In this document: positions 28,801-43,699 of the stretch, piece by piece
Position numbering within the stretch: the stretch's first letter is position 1
Layout: every line of letters begins with the position of its first letter
Origin: the human T2T-CHM13v2.0 reference genome, Homo sapiens
Reading direction: 5' to 3' (one strand)
DNA length: 64,000 nt
NCBI RefSeq assembly: GCF_009914755.1
Contig: NC_060929.1
Notes under the pieces: model-generated
What the model was told of the DNA's origin: nothing
Seen by the model: the letters and a program-made list of their open reading frames with translations, nothing else
Databases searched by the model: none
Translations under genes and position numbers: made by a program

Positions 28801-30866
28801 CTCATATTTTGCTAAAAACACCCAGATGTTCAATGTATTTTTTAGGTTCTGCCTGGGTTCAGTCACTGTATATCATCTATTTTCCCAATGGACCATAAGT
28901 CTCAACCTTATCCTGTCTCCATCACACCTAAGGACTTTGACTTATTTTTATCAGAGATAATAACTTACTATAGTAGTATTTCTGGGTAGGGTGAGAGGAA
29001 AGAGAAAAATAAAAACTAAAAAAAGAGGTGATCTGAGAAAAAAAGAGAAAAGTGTGAATAATTTAAAATATCTACCACCACACAAAATGATCTGATGAAA
29101 CTTGCTTTCTACCCGTGAATTCACTCCTGTCATATTCTCTAAGATAAATCCCAAAGTAAGACAAGAAGGTGTTTGAAGTGGCTTGGATTAATGCTCTGGC
29201 ACTCGATGCCAGCTTCCTCATGAAGCTACCCTAGAAGCAGTTTAAGGAGGCATATTTTTAAAAGAAGTATTCCTCTATCTTATTTCCAAGTCCTACTGTC
29301 TACCTTGGACTCTATTTCATTTAGCTGTGTTTGGGCCTGGTTATGGGGTCACTTTCTCAGCAGGCCTTCATCTCCCCAACACTGGGGCTCTGCCATGTTC
29401 TTGCTTACCTTCTCCCTAGGGCTGTATTGTTTATTCAGGTTTATTGTAGCATAAATGTAGCATTTTAAAGCTGAAAAACCATTAAAGAATCATTAAATTC
29501 AATATCCTCCTTTCAGGAGTGTGGAAACCAGAGGTAAAATCAGAGGTCAAATTTTCCCAATTAAGCACTAAAGGCGTGGCTTGAGTATTGCACATCTTGC
29601 AATACTTTTCTTTTCCTTCTCACCGTGACTACTACTAGTATTACTAGTGTATTTTGTACAAAGTAAGTTCTTCCTCACCTAACATATATTTCCTCCCTTC
29701 TCAATTATACTTTCTTTCTGTGTGTATCTTGTGTCTTGTCCCACCAGCAGAAAGATATCTTTCTTGAACAAAATGCAAGTCTGTAGCTGCATTCAGGTAC
29801 AGGTGGTCTGCATTCAGACCTCCATTTGTTGGAGAGAAACTTCTCATTCTTTCTCAATTCAGAGAACCTAGGATGTATCTGGCGTTCTTTGAGCAGATAG
29901 AAAACAATGTCATTTCTCCCACTGAAATGCAGAATTAAGAAAATGGTTTTGAAACCTGTTCCCATCTCTAACTTTTCTATCGCCTGGCCTTTTCCTTATG
30001 CATCTGCTGCCACTATCAGAATCAGTCACACCTGCTTTAGAAATGGCCCAGCTGTGAAAGTCTGGGGCTTGAAATATTTTCTTCCATGGAAACAATGTGA
30101 GATACGTTGAAACAGTACTATTATTACCATTACTTAAGTACATTATGCATTAAATAGGCATTCTTTTTCATTCTGTCTCAAGAACATAACCAGCAGATAC
30201 ATATAATTTCAATGAAAAACAATGTTCTCAGATCCAAATAATCAATTTCAAAATTAATATTTTTACTCTTGTAATCCACTAAAAAGTCCACAACTACTAG
30301 AACTTACCAGTTTATAGTAGACTGCATTTCTTGTTGTGATGTTTTGAATGGTGTTTCAATATAACTGCATTTCTTCCTTTTGAATTGTCTTTTATAGCAT
30401 TGACAGTCAAGAGTTTATATATAAACATGAGTAAGAAGTAACAATTCATTATCAAATGTCTGTTAAAGCTCTTTCTTCTTTCTTGATGGATTAGAAAAAA
30501 AAACATAATGTTAGAGCAAAAGATAGTTAGATGGTCAAGGTTCTGAACAAAATTGGCCAGGGACTGCCTGTTTGACCTTAGGTTGGGTATTGCAGCATTC
30601 TGTAGGTCAAATTCCACATCTACCAAATACCCTCAGCCCTTGCTTGTAAAATACAGTAAAGTCCTTGAGAAACTCTATTATGTGTTACTGTGCAAAGTAG
30701 GCTTATCACTGAGAAGAATACATTAAAGGGCTCATCTTCCACCTTTTGTGCTCATAAAATCAACCCATGTTTCTGGAAATGCATGCATTGTCAGGGCTAT
30801 AAAAAAAGGATGCATTTAATACAGCAAAGTGTTTTACTAACTAAATGTTGTGTGCCATGGTTCAGT

Positions 30867-31556
30867 TGTAACCACCCAAGGGGTTCACCTTGCCTGCTGC
30901 CTAGACAGAGCTGATTCATCAAGACAAGGGAATTGCAATAGAGGAAGAGTAATTCACACAGAGCTGGCTGTGTGGGAGACTGGAGGTTTATGATTACTCA
31001 AATCAGTCTCCTTGAGCATTCAGGGAGCAGAATTTTTAAGGATAACTTGGTGGGTGGGGGGAAGCCAGTGAGCCAGGAGTGTTGATTGGTCAGAGATGAA
31101 ATCAGAAGGAGCAGGAGCTGGAGCTGTCTTCCTGTATGCAGTCAGTTCCTGGGTGGGGGCCTCAAGATCAGATGAGCCAGTTTATTGATCTGGGTGGGGC
31201 CAGCTGATCCATCAAGTGCAGGGTCTGCAAAATATCTCAAGCACTGATCTTAGGAGCAGTTTAGGGAAGGTCAGAATCTTGTAGCCTCCAGCTGCATGAC
31301 TCCTAAACCATAATTTCTACTCTTGTGGCTAATGTTAGTCCTACAAAGGCAATCTAGTCCTCAGGCAAAAAGGAGGTCTGCTTTGGGAAAGGGGTTTTAC
31401 TGTCTTTGTTTAAACTGTAAACTAAGTTTCTCCCAAAGTTAGTTCAGCCTTCCCCCAGAAATGAACAAAGACAGCTTGGAGGTTGGAAGCAAGATGGAGT
31501 CAGTTAATTTAGCTCTCTTTCACTATCTCAATCATAATTTTGCAAAGGCAGTTACA
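30867..31556 (-). mobile_element. 3' LTR (LTR8)
   Basis: TG...CA ends; direct repeat of 38599-39281. Confidence 0.92.
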
Positions 31557-31568
31557 ATCCCTCCCTTT
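31557..31568 (-). other. Polypurine tract
   Basis: Minus strand AAAGGGAGGGAT immediately before the 3' LTR. Confidence 0.85.
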
Positions 31569-32215
31569 GGGTTTTATAACACCTTCATCTTAAGGTGTAG
31601 GCTATGAAGATGGGAAAAGGCCATCAATCAATCTGGCTTCTTCCTGCTAACAGGAGACATAGTGGGAATGGGAGTTAACCCCGAGATGACAAGAGTGGAA
31701 CTGCTTTGCACTGATCTGGGTGTAATCATGCAGGCCCGGATGGGATTTCAAGGCTTGCATGGCAAAAATATTAGTACTCTCATCTATAGATTTACTACAG
31801 TGTTTAAGTGAACAGCCTACTATAAGGCAAATAACAAGCCCTAGGATGAGGAGTACAATTCCCAATTTTAAAAGCAAAGATTTAAAAACATTAGTTTGGG
31901 GACTTCTAACCAACAAAGAATTTAGGATTTAGTCTAAACTACAGAAAAAAACCTCAAGAACAGCTAATAACAGTGTACTATAGTTTTTCTTTTGAAGCAT
32001 AATTTTTCTCTCCCTAGTCCCCATTTTAATTAAAAACAAATCATGATAGAACTGATTTGTTTACAAAATAAACTCTAGTCTTACAGTACTTGGCATGATT
32101 ATTTGCTTAAAGTGCAGCAAGAATAATTATTTTTCACTTAGGCTTTTTAAATTGGCTTTGATAGAACTCTGTTACATGAGGAATCTCAGATAAGACTTTT
32201 TAAAAGCTGAGCCCA

Positions 32216-32520
<305 letters not shown>

Positions 32521-34378
32521 AAACCCGAGCCCAGCCATGGGTTTGTACCCTCAACACCTATGAGTTTGGCAAATTCCTCTCCTCTTAGGGCCCAAGAGAG
32601 CTTGGGGTTCCTGGGCCTGTTAGAAAGTGACATTCTTTACTTACCACAGGTCGGGAAACTTGTACAAGGACTCTGTGTGGACAAGGTATGAGACCAGATT
32701 CCCCAACAGGGCTTAATTGGCTGTATAAGTCAAGCTTGAATTTTTTAAAGGAATCATGCCATTCCAGTCAAAGCCTGGGTAAAATAATCAGTTTCTCCAA
32801 TTTTGTCCTGTTACAAAAGAAAACAGATTCTTATTGCACTTATGCAATTAACTATACCACCATAAATTGAAAATATTCACAAACAGTTTCCAAATTCTGG
32901 AGAAATCAGGCAGAGAGGAACAAATATGCTCCAAATTTTGTTCACAGGAGTTGCAAAAAGCTCTAAAATATAAGTTATCTTGACTCTGATAACAAAAGGT
33001 TTACCAATGTTTAACACATTTGCTCTCCAGGAGAGTCCTAGAAGTTTGATTTTTTTCCTCTATTCCAATAGCACAGTTTTAAAAGTTATCTGAAACCTGC
33101 ACTTACAGTCCTATATCTGATTATAAACTGCCTTTTGAAAAGGACCAAAGCAAGACAAAGCAAGAGAAACGTCTGTGAATGACAAAAGTCTACAGCCACT
33201 ATTAAAGCTACAATTGACTAGGAATTTTGGTTACTTCTGTGGCATACAACAATTTTATGTAACAATTATAATTATTAAGAATGGACACTAAGTTTCCCAT
33301 AATTTTGGAACACACACTAATAAGATATTTATACAAATACAGTCCAAAGTAAACCAAAGACCATTCACTTTTCTATTCAAAAATTTTTTCTCTATTCTAA
33401 TGTCACAATCTCCAGTGTTATTAATCAGAATCCTGCATTTAAGAGCACCTGTTACATTTTATAGGTGATTATAAAACCATCTTTTAAAGAGGACCAAAAT
33501 GAGATAACAGGTGTCTATGGACAACAACATTTTAGGGCAGCCACAGGTAAAGGCAAGATTGTAAAGGAAATTTGTTACCTCTGTGGCACAGTCTGTTAAA
33601 CAATAATTGTAATTATTACTGATAACATACACTAAGTGATATTAGAATTATAGGAGTTTTACATAATTTTGGAACATACACCAATAACACATTTACACAA
33701 ATATAGGCAAAAGAAAGCAAAACACCATTTCATATTTGACAATGCTTCCTGTATGATTTTTGCACCAAATAAGCCAAATGTCATTTTTGGACTTCAGAGG
33801 ACCTAATATCTAAAATATTAGGTAAGAAAGAGACATAATTTCTGATTTGATTTTGGAAAGTTTGTCAAATATCAAAGGTTTAAAACATTGGATATCACAA
33901 AATAGAATCCCAGGTCACCATAAGTCATTCATTTGGCCAAAATAACTGCAAAATTTTTTTTAAAAAGAAAAACCTTTACTCTGATAGAGGAGACTTAGCT
34001 TTCCAAACGAGACCCTGCGAAGATAGCATAAGACCAAATGAATCTGTCTCTTCTCTCTCTCCTATTTTTTCCTGCCATTTACTCATAGGAGAAAACAAAA
34101 CACTTTCATTTTCTTTTAACAGTACATAAAAATCATATTCACAAGAGAAAACCAAATTTAATGTTGCATTAGTACATCTTTAATGTTAAAGCTAGTTTTT
34201 TAATATAAAATTTTATATCTCTATCGAGTTTTAATTAGTTTGACCATAAGGTATGATTTTCACAAACCTTTTAGAACCCTTTACAATTTTCCATCAAACA
34301 GCAGATCAACTTTGTAAGAAAACCCTGTTATTCAAACACAGGGGCCCAGATTCTAGCCCCACATCAGTATGATTTTAA

Positions 34379-34676
<298 letters not shown>

Positions 34677-35483
34677 AATTTCTTTTAAATCTTAGCCAAC
34701 TTGTTTATGCCCACAGAATTTTTACAATATCAACCCTTTACAAACCCTTTTCACTTTGCTAAACCTTCAGTTTTGTTCTGTTAACTCTTTCACGTTAAGA
34801 CAATCTTTAAATCCCTCTGAAATAGACAAAATTACATTCCCTTTAACAAAAGCCACATTCCCGTGCCTTCTTATAATCTTTTACCAAAAACACATTCCCT
34901 ACACACATTGTATGTAAAACTGCTTCTCAGGTGGTCTCAACTAGATGTTACAATGTTAACTCTTAGCAACTTTTATTTTTAGTGAAAAACCTGATAAGTA
35001 AGCAATTTATATGTACTAGCGGTGGAGCCTAGGACATCAGACAGAAATGAAGATAAGGTCTGACTCCTTTTAACATAGCTAGCAGGCATGGGTCTCCATA
35101 TGTCCCTAGGCCTTATCTATAATCTAATGCTCCAAAGTAGGTAAATCGAATAATTTTCAAAAGTCAAAGACACAGTTTGACCTTAATGCATTTAGCAAAT
35201 CTGATATCTGACCTTAATTTAGACCAAATGTCTACATTTTCAAAACATTTTATTTTATCAATAATCTTTAAAACTGTCTTTATATCCAAAAGATTCCTAA
35301 AGGCATGTGAACAAAAAGGCATTAAAGTTTCCATTTTTCTGACAAAATATTTGATTTAAGCGCTTATTTTCCTAAGCCAATTAATCAGAACTCTTTTATA
35401 TAGAAACAAAAAACACACATAAATACACAGACAGAAAGACAGAAGATTCAGCACTTGTAAGATTTTTTATTTGCCAGTTTCTT

Positions 35484-35490
35484 TTTTTTC

Positions 35491-35527
<37 letters not shown>

Positions 35528-35816
35528 TTTTGAGACAGAGTCTTTCTCTGTCGCCCAGGCTGGAGTGCAGCAGCGCAATGTCGGCTCACTACAAGCTCCG
35601 CCTCCCACGTTCAGGCTATTCTCTTGCCTCAGCCTCCTGAGTAGCTGGGACTACAAGCGCCTGCCACCACGCCTGGCTAATTTTTTGTATTTTTTGTATT
35701 TTTAGTAGAAACGGGGTTTCACCGTGTTAGCCAGGATGGTATAGATCTCCTGACCTCGTGATCCGCCCGCCTCTGCCTCCCAAAGTGCTGGGATTACAGG
35801 CATAAGCCACCACGCC
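35484..35816 (-). mobile_element. Alu (AluY-like) in provirus with (TTTTC)n tail
   Basis: CAAGCTCCGCCTCCC and CCGTGTTAGCCAGGATGG diagnostics; TSD GCCAGTTTCTT at 35473-35483 and 35814-35824. Confidence 0.92.
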
Positions 35817-38576
35817 AGTTTCTTAATTGAATTACTGGCTTCAGGGAGGAGGAACAGGGCCAGGAAAGCATGCATTTCTAGGGCCAAATAAGCAGCAAAT
35901 TAGCAGCTGAAGGCAAAGACAGATCCCCAAAATTAAGTGTGCCATTTTATACTGGATCCCGGATCCACAAAAGGAGGGAAATACTACGGGAGAAGACAGT
36001 GCAGTGCTCCTACCCTGCATTTCATTGCAAGACAACCCAAAGCCAATCAGCCCATTTTGTAATCAGCCCATTTCTCATGGAAGTCTTATCTCCCAGTGCG
36101 GGCTGGAGATGTTTCCTTATTTTCCAGGTGAACAAAAGCATGCTTCTCTGATCCAAGTGTGCAAAGATTCAAATATAACTACTATTAGCCATCCCTTAAA
36201 GTATATTTCCCACCTAGTTATTACACAGCAAAGCTCTCTCATAATGTGAAGTAATTTTTGATGCCCTCAAAACTCAAAACTGTCAGATAATAGAATGTAA
36301 AACAGAGAGAGATCCGTCCGCTTTTAGTTCCTGGGGTTTCATGAGGAAAACAGAGGGTTTTTTTCCCAAAATGGGGTCTGTGGCGCCCCCTTTGCTTTTC
36401 CCAATAAGTCCCAGGCTACCAGAAGTTATCTTAGAGCCTCTCATGTGTGCATTAAGAGTGGCAAGACAAAAAACTGGAGAAAAATAATTCAGTAGACTGA
36501 GAAGAAAAAAACTTTTTCCAGAAAAACAGGTTCCAAGAAGACAAAAACATAAAGGCCTTTTAAATACATCTATAGTTTATTCAATTTTAATTAAGCTGAC
36601 TTTTAACCATAGTACTCTTTAAAAAAGAAATCCTTTCAAATCTCTTATTACCTGACTTTAGCCATGCCAAGCCAATATATCTAGCCTCTGAAATTTACCA
36701 AAGGTAACTTCCTAGGTGCTTCAAATACATGGCAAGCAGTTTCTTTTTTTACAAGATTTAGAATCTGCACAAGGTAGTTCTGAGAAAGGAAAATTCAAGA
36801 GAGGAAATCAGAAGCTATCTATGAGGGGAAAAAAAAAACCTCAATAAATGGCAAAGTTACACAATTAACAAACCAGAAAGCAATCATTCCAGAAGCCAAC
36901 TATTGAACCCAGGCCACCACTGTCGAAAGATAAAGCCTTAGCTGCTGAGCTCTACAGCATTGAGCAGTTTCTATTGCTTTTCCTAGAAGAGCCTAGAGAA
37001 GCCAATTTCTAGCTTGCAAGGCTTTTAACTGCTCAAGAAAAATTTTTAGGGCTAACTATGACATGAACTCCCAAATTCCTGTCCTCTGGGTGGTGGAAAC
37101 CAAAAGAATGTATCCCCACATGGTCATAAGGTTAAGCTCTTAAAACACAAAACAAGACAGAGAAATTTTATAAATACAGTATTTGTTTCAGGGACCCATA
37201 GCAAAGTTTGTAACTGACCAACTTGCCAAACTGACTTGAAAAGCAGGATTATAGGGGCCCTATACCCACATTCTATCCTGTGATACCTCTCTCTCCATTA
37301 CAGAACACAGAAAGACAGATTCTTAGCACAAAGTACACCAGATTTCCTACAGCCTAAGACTAGTCTCACAAATCCTTCTTTCTGTTAATCAAACCCTTGC
37401 AGAGGTGACAAATAGTTTACTGTTTATCCAGACAGAGAAAGAGAGAGAGAGAGAGACCAGAAACTTGGCTGGGAAGAATTTCTTACCCTTTTTGCTGGCA
37501 TACCAGGTTTCTGGGTTCCCTTTCTCTGCAGCTTCCAGAAGAACAGAGCAGCTTCTGATGACCCTGCTTACTTGTGCTATAGCTGTGGAGCTCAAGGCAC
37601 TTTACAAGAGAAAATTCCTTTTATTGCTCATGGAGCCATAGATAAGATTCTCAGTTTGCAAGATGCTGCCCAACAGGCTGCTTGGGGAACCAAATTAACA
37701 TTTTCCATCCCAGCAAAATACAAATAACAAAACAGACATTAGTCACCTCATTCAGCACCCAGTATCAGCCTGGCAAAGCTCAAACGCTTTCCCTTTGGTC
37801 CCTGTTGTCTTTGATACACTCCAGGTGGTGATGGACGACCTCTGAATGGTAATTCACAATAGGGTTTCTGGGCAAGGGGAAGAGCAGATAGTCACCCTGA
37901 CAGACAGGCCTGTTGAGCCTTCTTTAGATCTCATCGAGTGTGACCACACAAATAAGGAGGGTTCTCTGAGTTAGTTCTGCTAGATTTCCATCAGCAGCCC
38001 CTCTGAGATCCCTTCCACATATACAGACACATACAAAGATGAGATGGACAGAAGGCCTTCCAAATCAGATCCCTAACCAAGAACTCCAAGAGTATCCCTT
38101 CAAAACTATCCTCTTATTCTCTGTCTGAGAAACTTCTCAAAAACTTCCTGATTGAGGAGAAATTTCCCAAACCAGGATTCTTCCCACTAGTTAGAAAGAA
38201 CCAACTGAGACCACCCCCACTGCCCCCACAAGGAGCTGAACCATACAGCTACAGAACCAGTTGGGAGAAGGAAAGAGGTGTTGGCAGTACTTAAGATTCA
38301 CCAATCCAGACACCCCGTAACGAGGCTACAGACAGACACCCCACCACGGGGCTACAGACAGACACCCTGTGATAGGGCTACAGTTAAGGATGTCTCCCCA
38401 GGACTATTTCTCCATTGCAATTAAATCCATGCACATTGGGTCAGCAGCACCCAGCCAGTAGAGAGAGTACCAGAGTCAGTCCCCAGTCCAAGAGAACTAG
38501 GCAGTCACTTGGGCTGGCTTCTGAATCCATCACTGGAGGGGGCCCACTGAACCACGGGAAGGTAGCCACAAGGGCA

Positions 38577-38594
38577 ATCCTGGATGAGCCCTCA
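38577..38594 (-). other. Primer binding site, tRNA-Pro
   Basis: TGAGGGCTCATCCAGGAT vs canonical TGGGGGCTCGTCCGGGAT (15/18), 4 nt after the 5' LTR. Confidence 0.88.
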
Positions 38595-38598
38595 AACT

Positions 38599-39281
38599 TG
38601 TAACCGCCCAAGGGGTTCACTTTGCCCACTGCCTAAACATAGCCAATTCATCAAGACAAGGGAATTGCAATAGAGAAAGAGTAATTCATGCAGAGCCAGA
38701 TGTGAGGGAGACTGGAGTTTTATTATTACTCAAATCAGTCTCCTTGAGCTTTCAGAGAGCAGAGTTTTTAAGGATAACTTGGTGAGTGGGGGAAGCCAGT
38801 GGGCCAGAAGTGCTCATTGGTCAGAGATGAAATCATAGGAAGTTGGAGCTGTCTTCTTGCATCCAGTCAGTTCTTGGGTGGGGGCCACAAGATCAGATGA
38901 GCCAGTTTATTGATCTGGGTGGGGCCAACTGATCCATCAAGTGCAGGGTCTGCAAAATATCTCAAGCATTGATCTTAGGAGCAGTTTATGGAGGGTCAGA
39001 ATCTTGTATCCTCCAGCTGCATGACTCCTAAACCATAATTTCTACTCTTGTGGCTAATGTTAGTCTTACAAACACAATCTAGTCCCCAGGTAAGAAGGAG
39101 GTCTGCCTTGGGAAAAGGTTGTTACCATCTTTGCTTAAACTATAAACTAATTTTTTCCCAAAGTTAGTTCAGCCTACGCCCAGGAATGAACAAGGATAGC
39201 TGGGAGGTTGGAAGCAAGATGGAGTCAGTTAAGTTAGATCTCTTTCACCATCTCAGTCATAATTTTGCCAACGCAGTTTCA
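38599..39281 (-). mobile_element. 5' LTR (LTR8)
   Basis: Minus strand starts TGAAACTGCGTTGGCAAAATTATGACTGAGATGGTGAAAGAGATCTAAC and ends TTACA. Confidence 0.92.
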
Positions 39282-40603
39282 CAGTTACTGAGGAAGAAGG
39301 GCAGAGAATATTTTATCTGGTGAATCTGTGGAAATGCATCTTTCTATAGCCAAAGAAATTGCTCTGTCAGAAGGGGAAAGCAAGGAGAATATGTTATATG
39401 GGCATATTTCTATTTAACAAAACCTAGGGAAAGCTAATTGTTCCAAGCTAAGATCAGAAAGATAGAACAAAAGTGAAAAATGTGAATTTGTTTTACAAAT
39501 CTTGCCGGTATCTGGATACACAACGAATGACTCATCCAGGGGCCTATTTTTGCACAGGACCACAAAGACCGGTAACTGTTTATGAGTGGGCATAAGGAAC
39601 CCAGCAGAGTAATCATCTGGCAATTCAGATGCAGATTGCAGGCATGCAGGAAAAGGGTGGGAACTTGCAGCTTTGATGGGTAAAACTGCTGACTTTAGTC
39701 ATAAAGACCAAGGATTAAATATGTTTGCTTTGTTAGGGATGAATCAGACTGAACAAAAATTGTCTCTAGTTGAGGTAGTTGAGTAGAGTGGCTGTGTTGT
39801 GAGTGCCTGGCAAATGTTGTTCTGTGTGAGACTGAAAAAAAAAGTCCCTACTACTGTCTCCATTGGCCAAGTAATCTTGTGGCAAACATTTATATAAATT
39901 ATACAAACACTGCAATGCACTTTATGCCATGCTGTGATGCAAACTAGTTAATTAATATTATTGAACATATGGCATATGAAAGAAGAATGAGTTGAAAATG
40001 AGATATCAAATCTACATAATTAATAATATTTTGATTTAGAGGAATGGTAAGACAAGTGTCTCCAACATAGAAAGAGTGTGACTTCAGACAGGTCAGCTCA
40101 GCTTGTCTGTCTGTACAAATTGCTCTAGACCTGACACTACAACACATTGTGAGGGATAAATTCAAGGGAGAAGCAACAGCAGGAAAAGAAGGCCATTCCT
40201 TGGGGTGGGGCGGGGGGTGGAATTAAAATAACAGTAGATGCGTGTTCAAGTACTATGTTGTAGGGCCAAGATTATAAATCCTACAGAAATTTAAAGAGAT
40301 CACTCAAAATGAAAACAAGTTAAAAATTTTGATGATCCATTTTACATTTGGTCAGTTGGGAAGCAATACAGTGTGATAGAAAACTAACTATATAATTTTA
40401 GAAAAATTACTCATTTCCTTTAAGCTTCAGCTTTTTTACTTGCAAGTTGAAAATCACTCTAGTAAGAATAAACAATGCTTACTGACAATATATCCCATTG
40501 AGAATTTCAAACTAGACTTTTGAGCTCGTTTATGAGCCATTATTTCACTCTTAATGCCTTACCTCTAATATGTCAATATTCATTTATTGACTGAAATCAG
40601 TGA

Positions 40604-40957
<354 letters not shown>

Positions 40958-40979
40958 TAACAACAAAAAATAAATTAGA

Positions 40980-41780
40980 CAGTGCTTATGGTGATGTGAT
41001 AATTGTGCAATTGCTGATGGAATTGTCATCCTTTGGAATGCAAATTGGAAATATCTATTATGCTTATATCTTTTGACCTAATAATTCTGTCTCTGTCTAA
41101 GGTATAATATATATTGCAGGAAACCTATTAGTACAGAGGTGCTCACTCCAACCTTGATCAATAGAGCAATGTATTATATGCAACAAAATAAAAAATATAT
41201 AGAGCTGTTTAGGAAAATTGATGGAATATCATAAAACTACTAAAACTGACAGTTAAAGACTATAATAAAGGCAACCCAAGTGTCCATCCAAGTGAAAATA
41301 GAAGAAAAAAATGTGGTATATTCACAATGGTTTATTGTACAGAAATCATAATGAATGACATAGAGTGACAGACAACATTGGGAATAAATCTTAGTAATAA
41401 GATTATTAAATGAAAAGATAAATTCCAAAAGATTACATGCAGTATGCTCAACTTTTAAACAATCTAAAAAAAAATAAGCTTTTAAGGAGTGCATCTAAAT
41501 GCAATACATGAAATAAGAGATTGGTAAGAACAGAATTTTGAATGATTGTTACCTTTAGTAGGGAAAGGCAGAGTGAGGAATGAGGAACAAAACATTTGAT
41601 GTAGGTTAATATGAAGCTCCTAATATATGAGGAGATGATGGTGAATTTGTGAGAGATCTTATAGTGTTACAAATAAGTGAGTAAAAAATTAATAGGGCCT
41701 TGCATGAACATTACATAGCATTTGTCATGAACAAAGATTGTAATTCCTGTAATTATGTATACCTAAGGGCCAAAGGGAAG
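40980..41780 (+). mobile_element. Decayed L1ME/L1MC 3' fragments
   Basis: GGCAACCCAAGTGTCCATC...ATGTGGTATATTCACAATGG...ATAAATCTTAG. Confidence 0.65.
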
Positions 41781-43099
41781 GAGAAGACTAAGACACATAT
41801 TTTTAAAATATACAATAATTTTTAAGGATTTATTACTAAAAAATTAGGTAATAAACACAAATAATAATTGTGTTACTGTGGTGACTGTGATATTTTTCTT
41901 TTCTCTTTCAAATTTTCTAAAATATATTTTTTTAATGACAACAAACGCTTACAACTCATTAAAAAACAGTGTGTCGATGTGTATGTCAATGCACTTTTAT
42001 AAACATGAAGTAGACAAATGAAATAAACTAAAATTGCTTGGCATTTCAGCAGGCTGAGGACCAATCCCCATGGCTGAAAGACCTGAGAAGGGTCACTGTT
42101 GACCTTGCATTGACAAATAGTTTAAAAATCAATCAAGAAAAAACAAATGTGACTATTTGTGAGAGTACATGCCAGATCCAATTAGTAGTGAAAACTTATA
42201 TTGCCTACTAGAAAAATCTCTATTTGGCATCGACCCAGAAGGTGCAACAGTTGGGCCTCAAACATGAAAGCAATATAACTGATATGCGTTCTGGCTCAGT
42301 TATTTCTGCAAAGGTTGTATATGGAAGAATTTTAGATGAGTATACATAGCATGGGCTTTTAGTCTACTCATTGAATGTTGATGTGCAGAAAACCAGTAAG
42401 AATAGGGCATGATTCATAATAGAAGCAAATTGATTGGACACTTTGCAATGATGTTCATAGAGAAGGACACCGGTGCATGCTTGCATGTGAATGTACAGAA
42501 AGCTGGCTCAGAATTGGAAAAATATTATACCAAATTTATGTTTTTATAAAACATTTAGCTACAAACCTTTGATTTGTAGATATTTTAGGCCATTTTCAAC
42601 CTTCCTTTTGGCTTTTGAAATATAAAGCATAGTATTACTTTAAACTATAATACTTTTCATATTTGAAGAATACTAGATGCATGAAATGAGCAGTACATTT
42701 TGCAGCACTGTAGCATGTATGTTTTTCTCTAATTCAGTATTTTCTTTGTAGTATACTCTCTTTAATACAAATAAATCAGTGTATTTCATAGCATATTTAT
42801 TCCAGTTTTTTTCCCCCAGTAATTGAAAAAATATCTTCTTGGACAAGAAGTAACTTTCAAAAAGAAAATGTCTGTTTGGGAGTTTTAAAGGATCCTTTTC
42901 CTTTTTCTTCTCTTTTGTATGGTTCTTCATTGCAAAGTACCAATACAATTGCAAAGTACCACTTAAAAAATATTTTGTGAAACACTTATAATTTCTTATC
43001 AATCATATTTTATAATCAAAAGTGTTTGGGTTTTCTCTTCTTCCTAGTTATTTAAAGACTAGGCCTTTCAGCAGTAGGCATGGAAGGCTGTAGATTGAA

Positions 43100-43295
43100 A
43101 TGAAATCGAGTCTAAGGTTTGAAAGAAAGATAGTTGAGTTTGAACCCTCATCCTGCTCTTTAGAAAAAAATCATGTAAATTCTTTGAATCTCATTTTTCT
43201 AACATGTGAGTAGGAAGAAGAGGAAGGCAGCCAACATAGCTCACAAGATTCTTTTGAAAACAAGTAAGTTAGTGTACATTCATATAAGCAAAAGT
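43100..43295 (+). mobile_element. MIR fragment
   Basis: GAGTTTGAACCCTCATCCTGC...TCTTTGAATCTCATTTTTCT. Confidence 0.5.
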
Positions 43296-43699
43296 CTTAT
43301 TATTTTTACTATTAGGATAAAGAACTTGAAGCCAAACTCTCTTCCCTGTGCAAGTTAGTTGAGTATGTCCTAAAAGGACATGAAAACACCAAACAATTTT
43401 TTTTTTCAAAGTTTCTCCTTCAAACTCAGGCACCTATTGTGAGACAATGCCAATGCCTGCCATGTTTCTCTGAGAGTGAGCATAGCAGCGTTTGCTCTCA
43501 GCAGAGATGAACTGCATGTCTGTAGGCTCCTTTGTGAGCACCTATATAGGTGTGCTGAGGAGATTATGAGTGTGAGGCTTCACTGTGTCAGAAAGTGGAA
43601 TAGAAATGTGGCACAAGTGAATTCTGACAGTATAAACATAGCCTGTAAGGCTTCTTGCATTGCTATAAATCACAATGTTTCAATATATATATATTGCTT

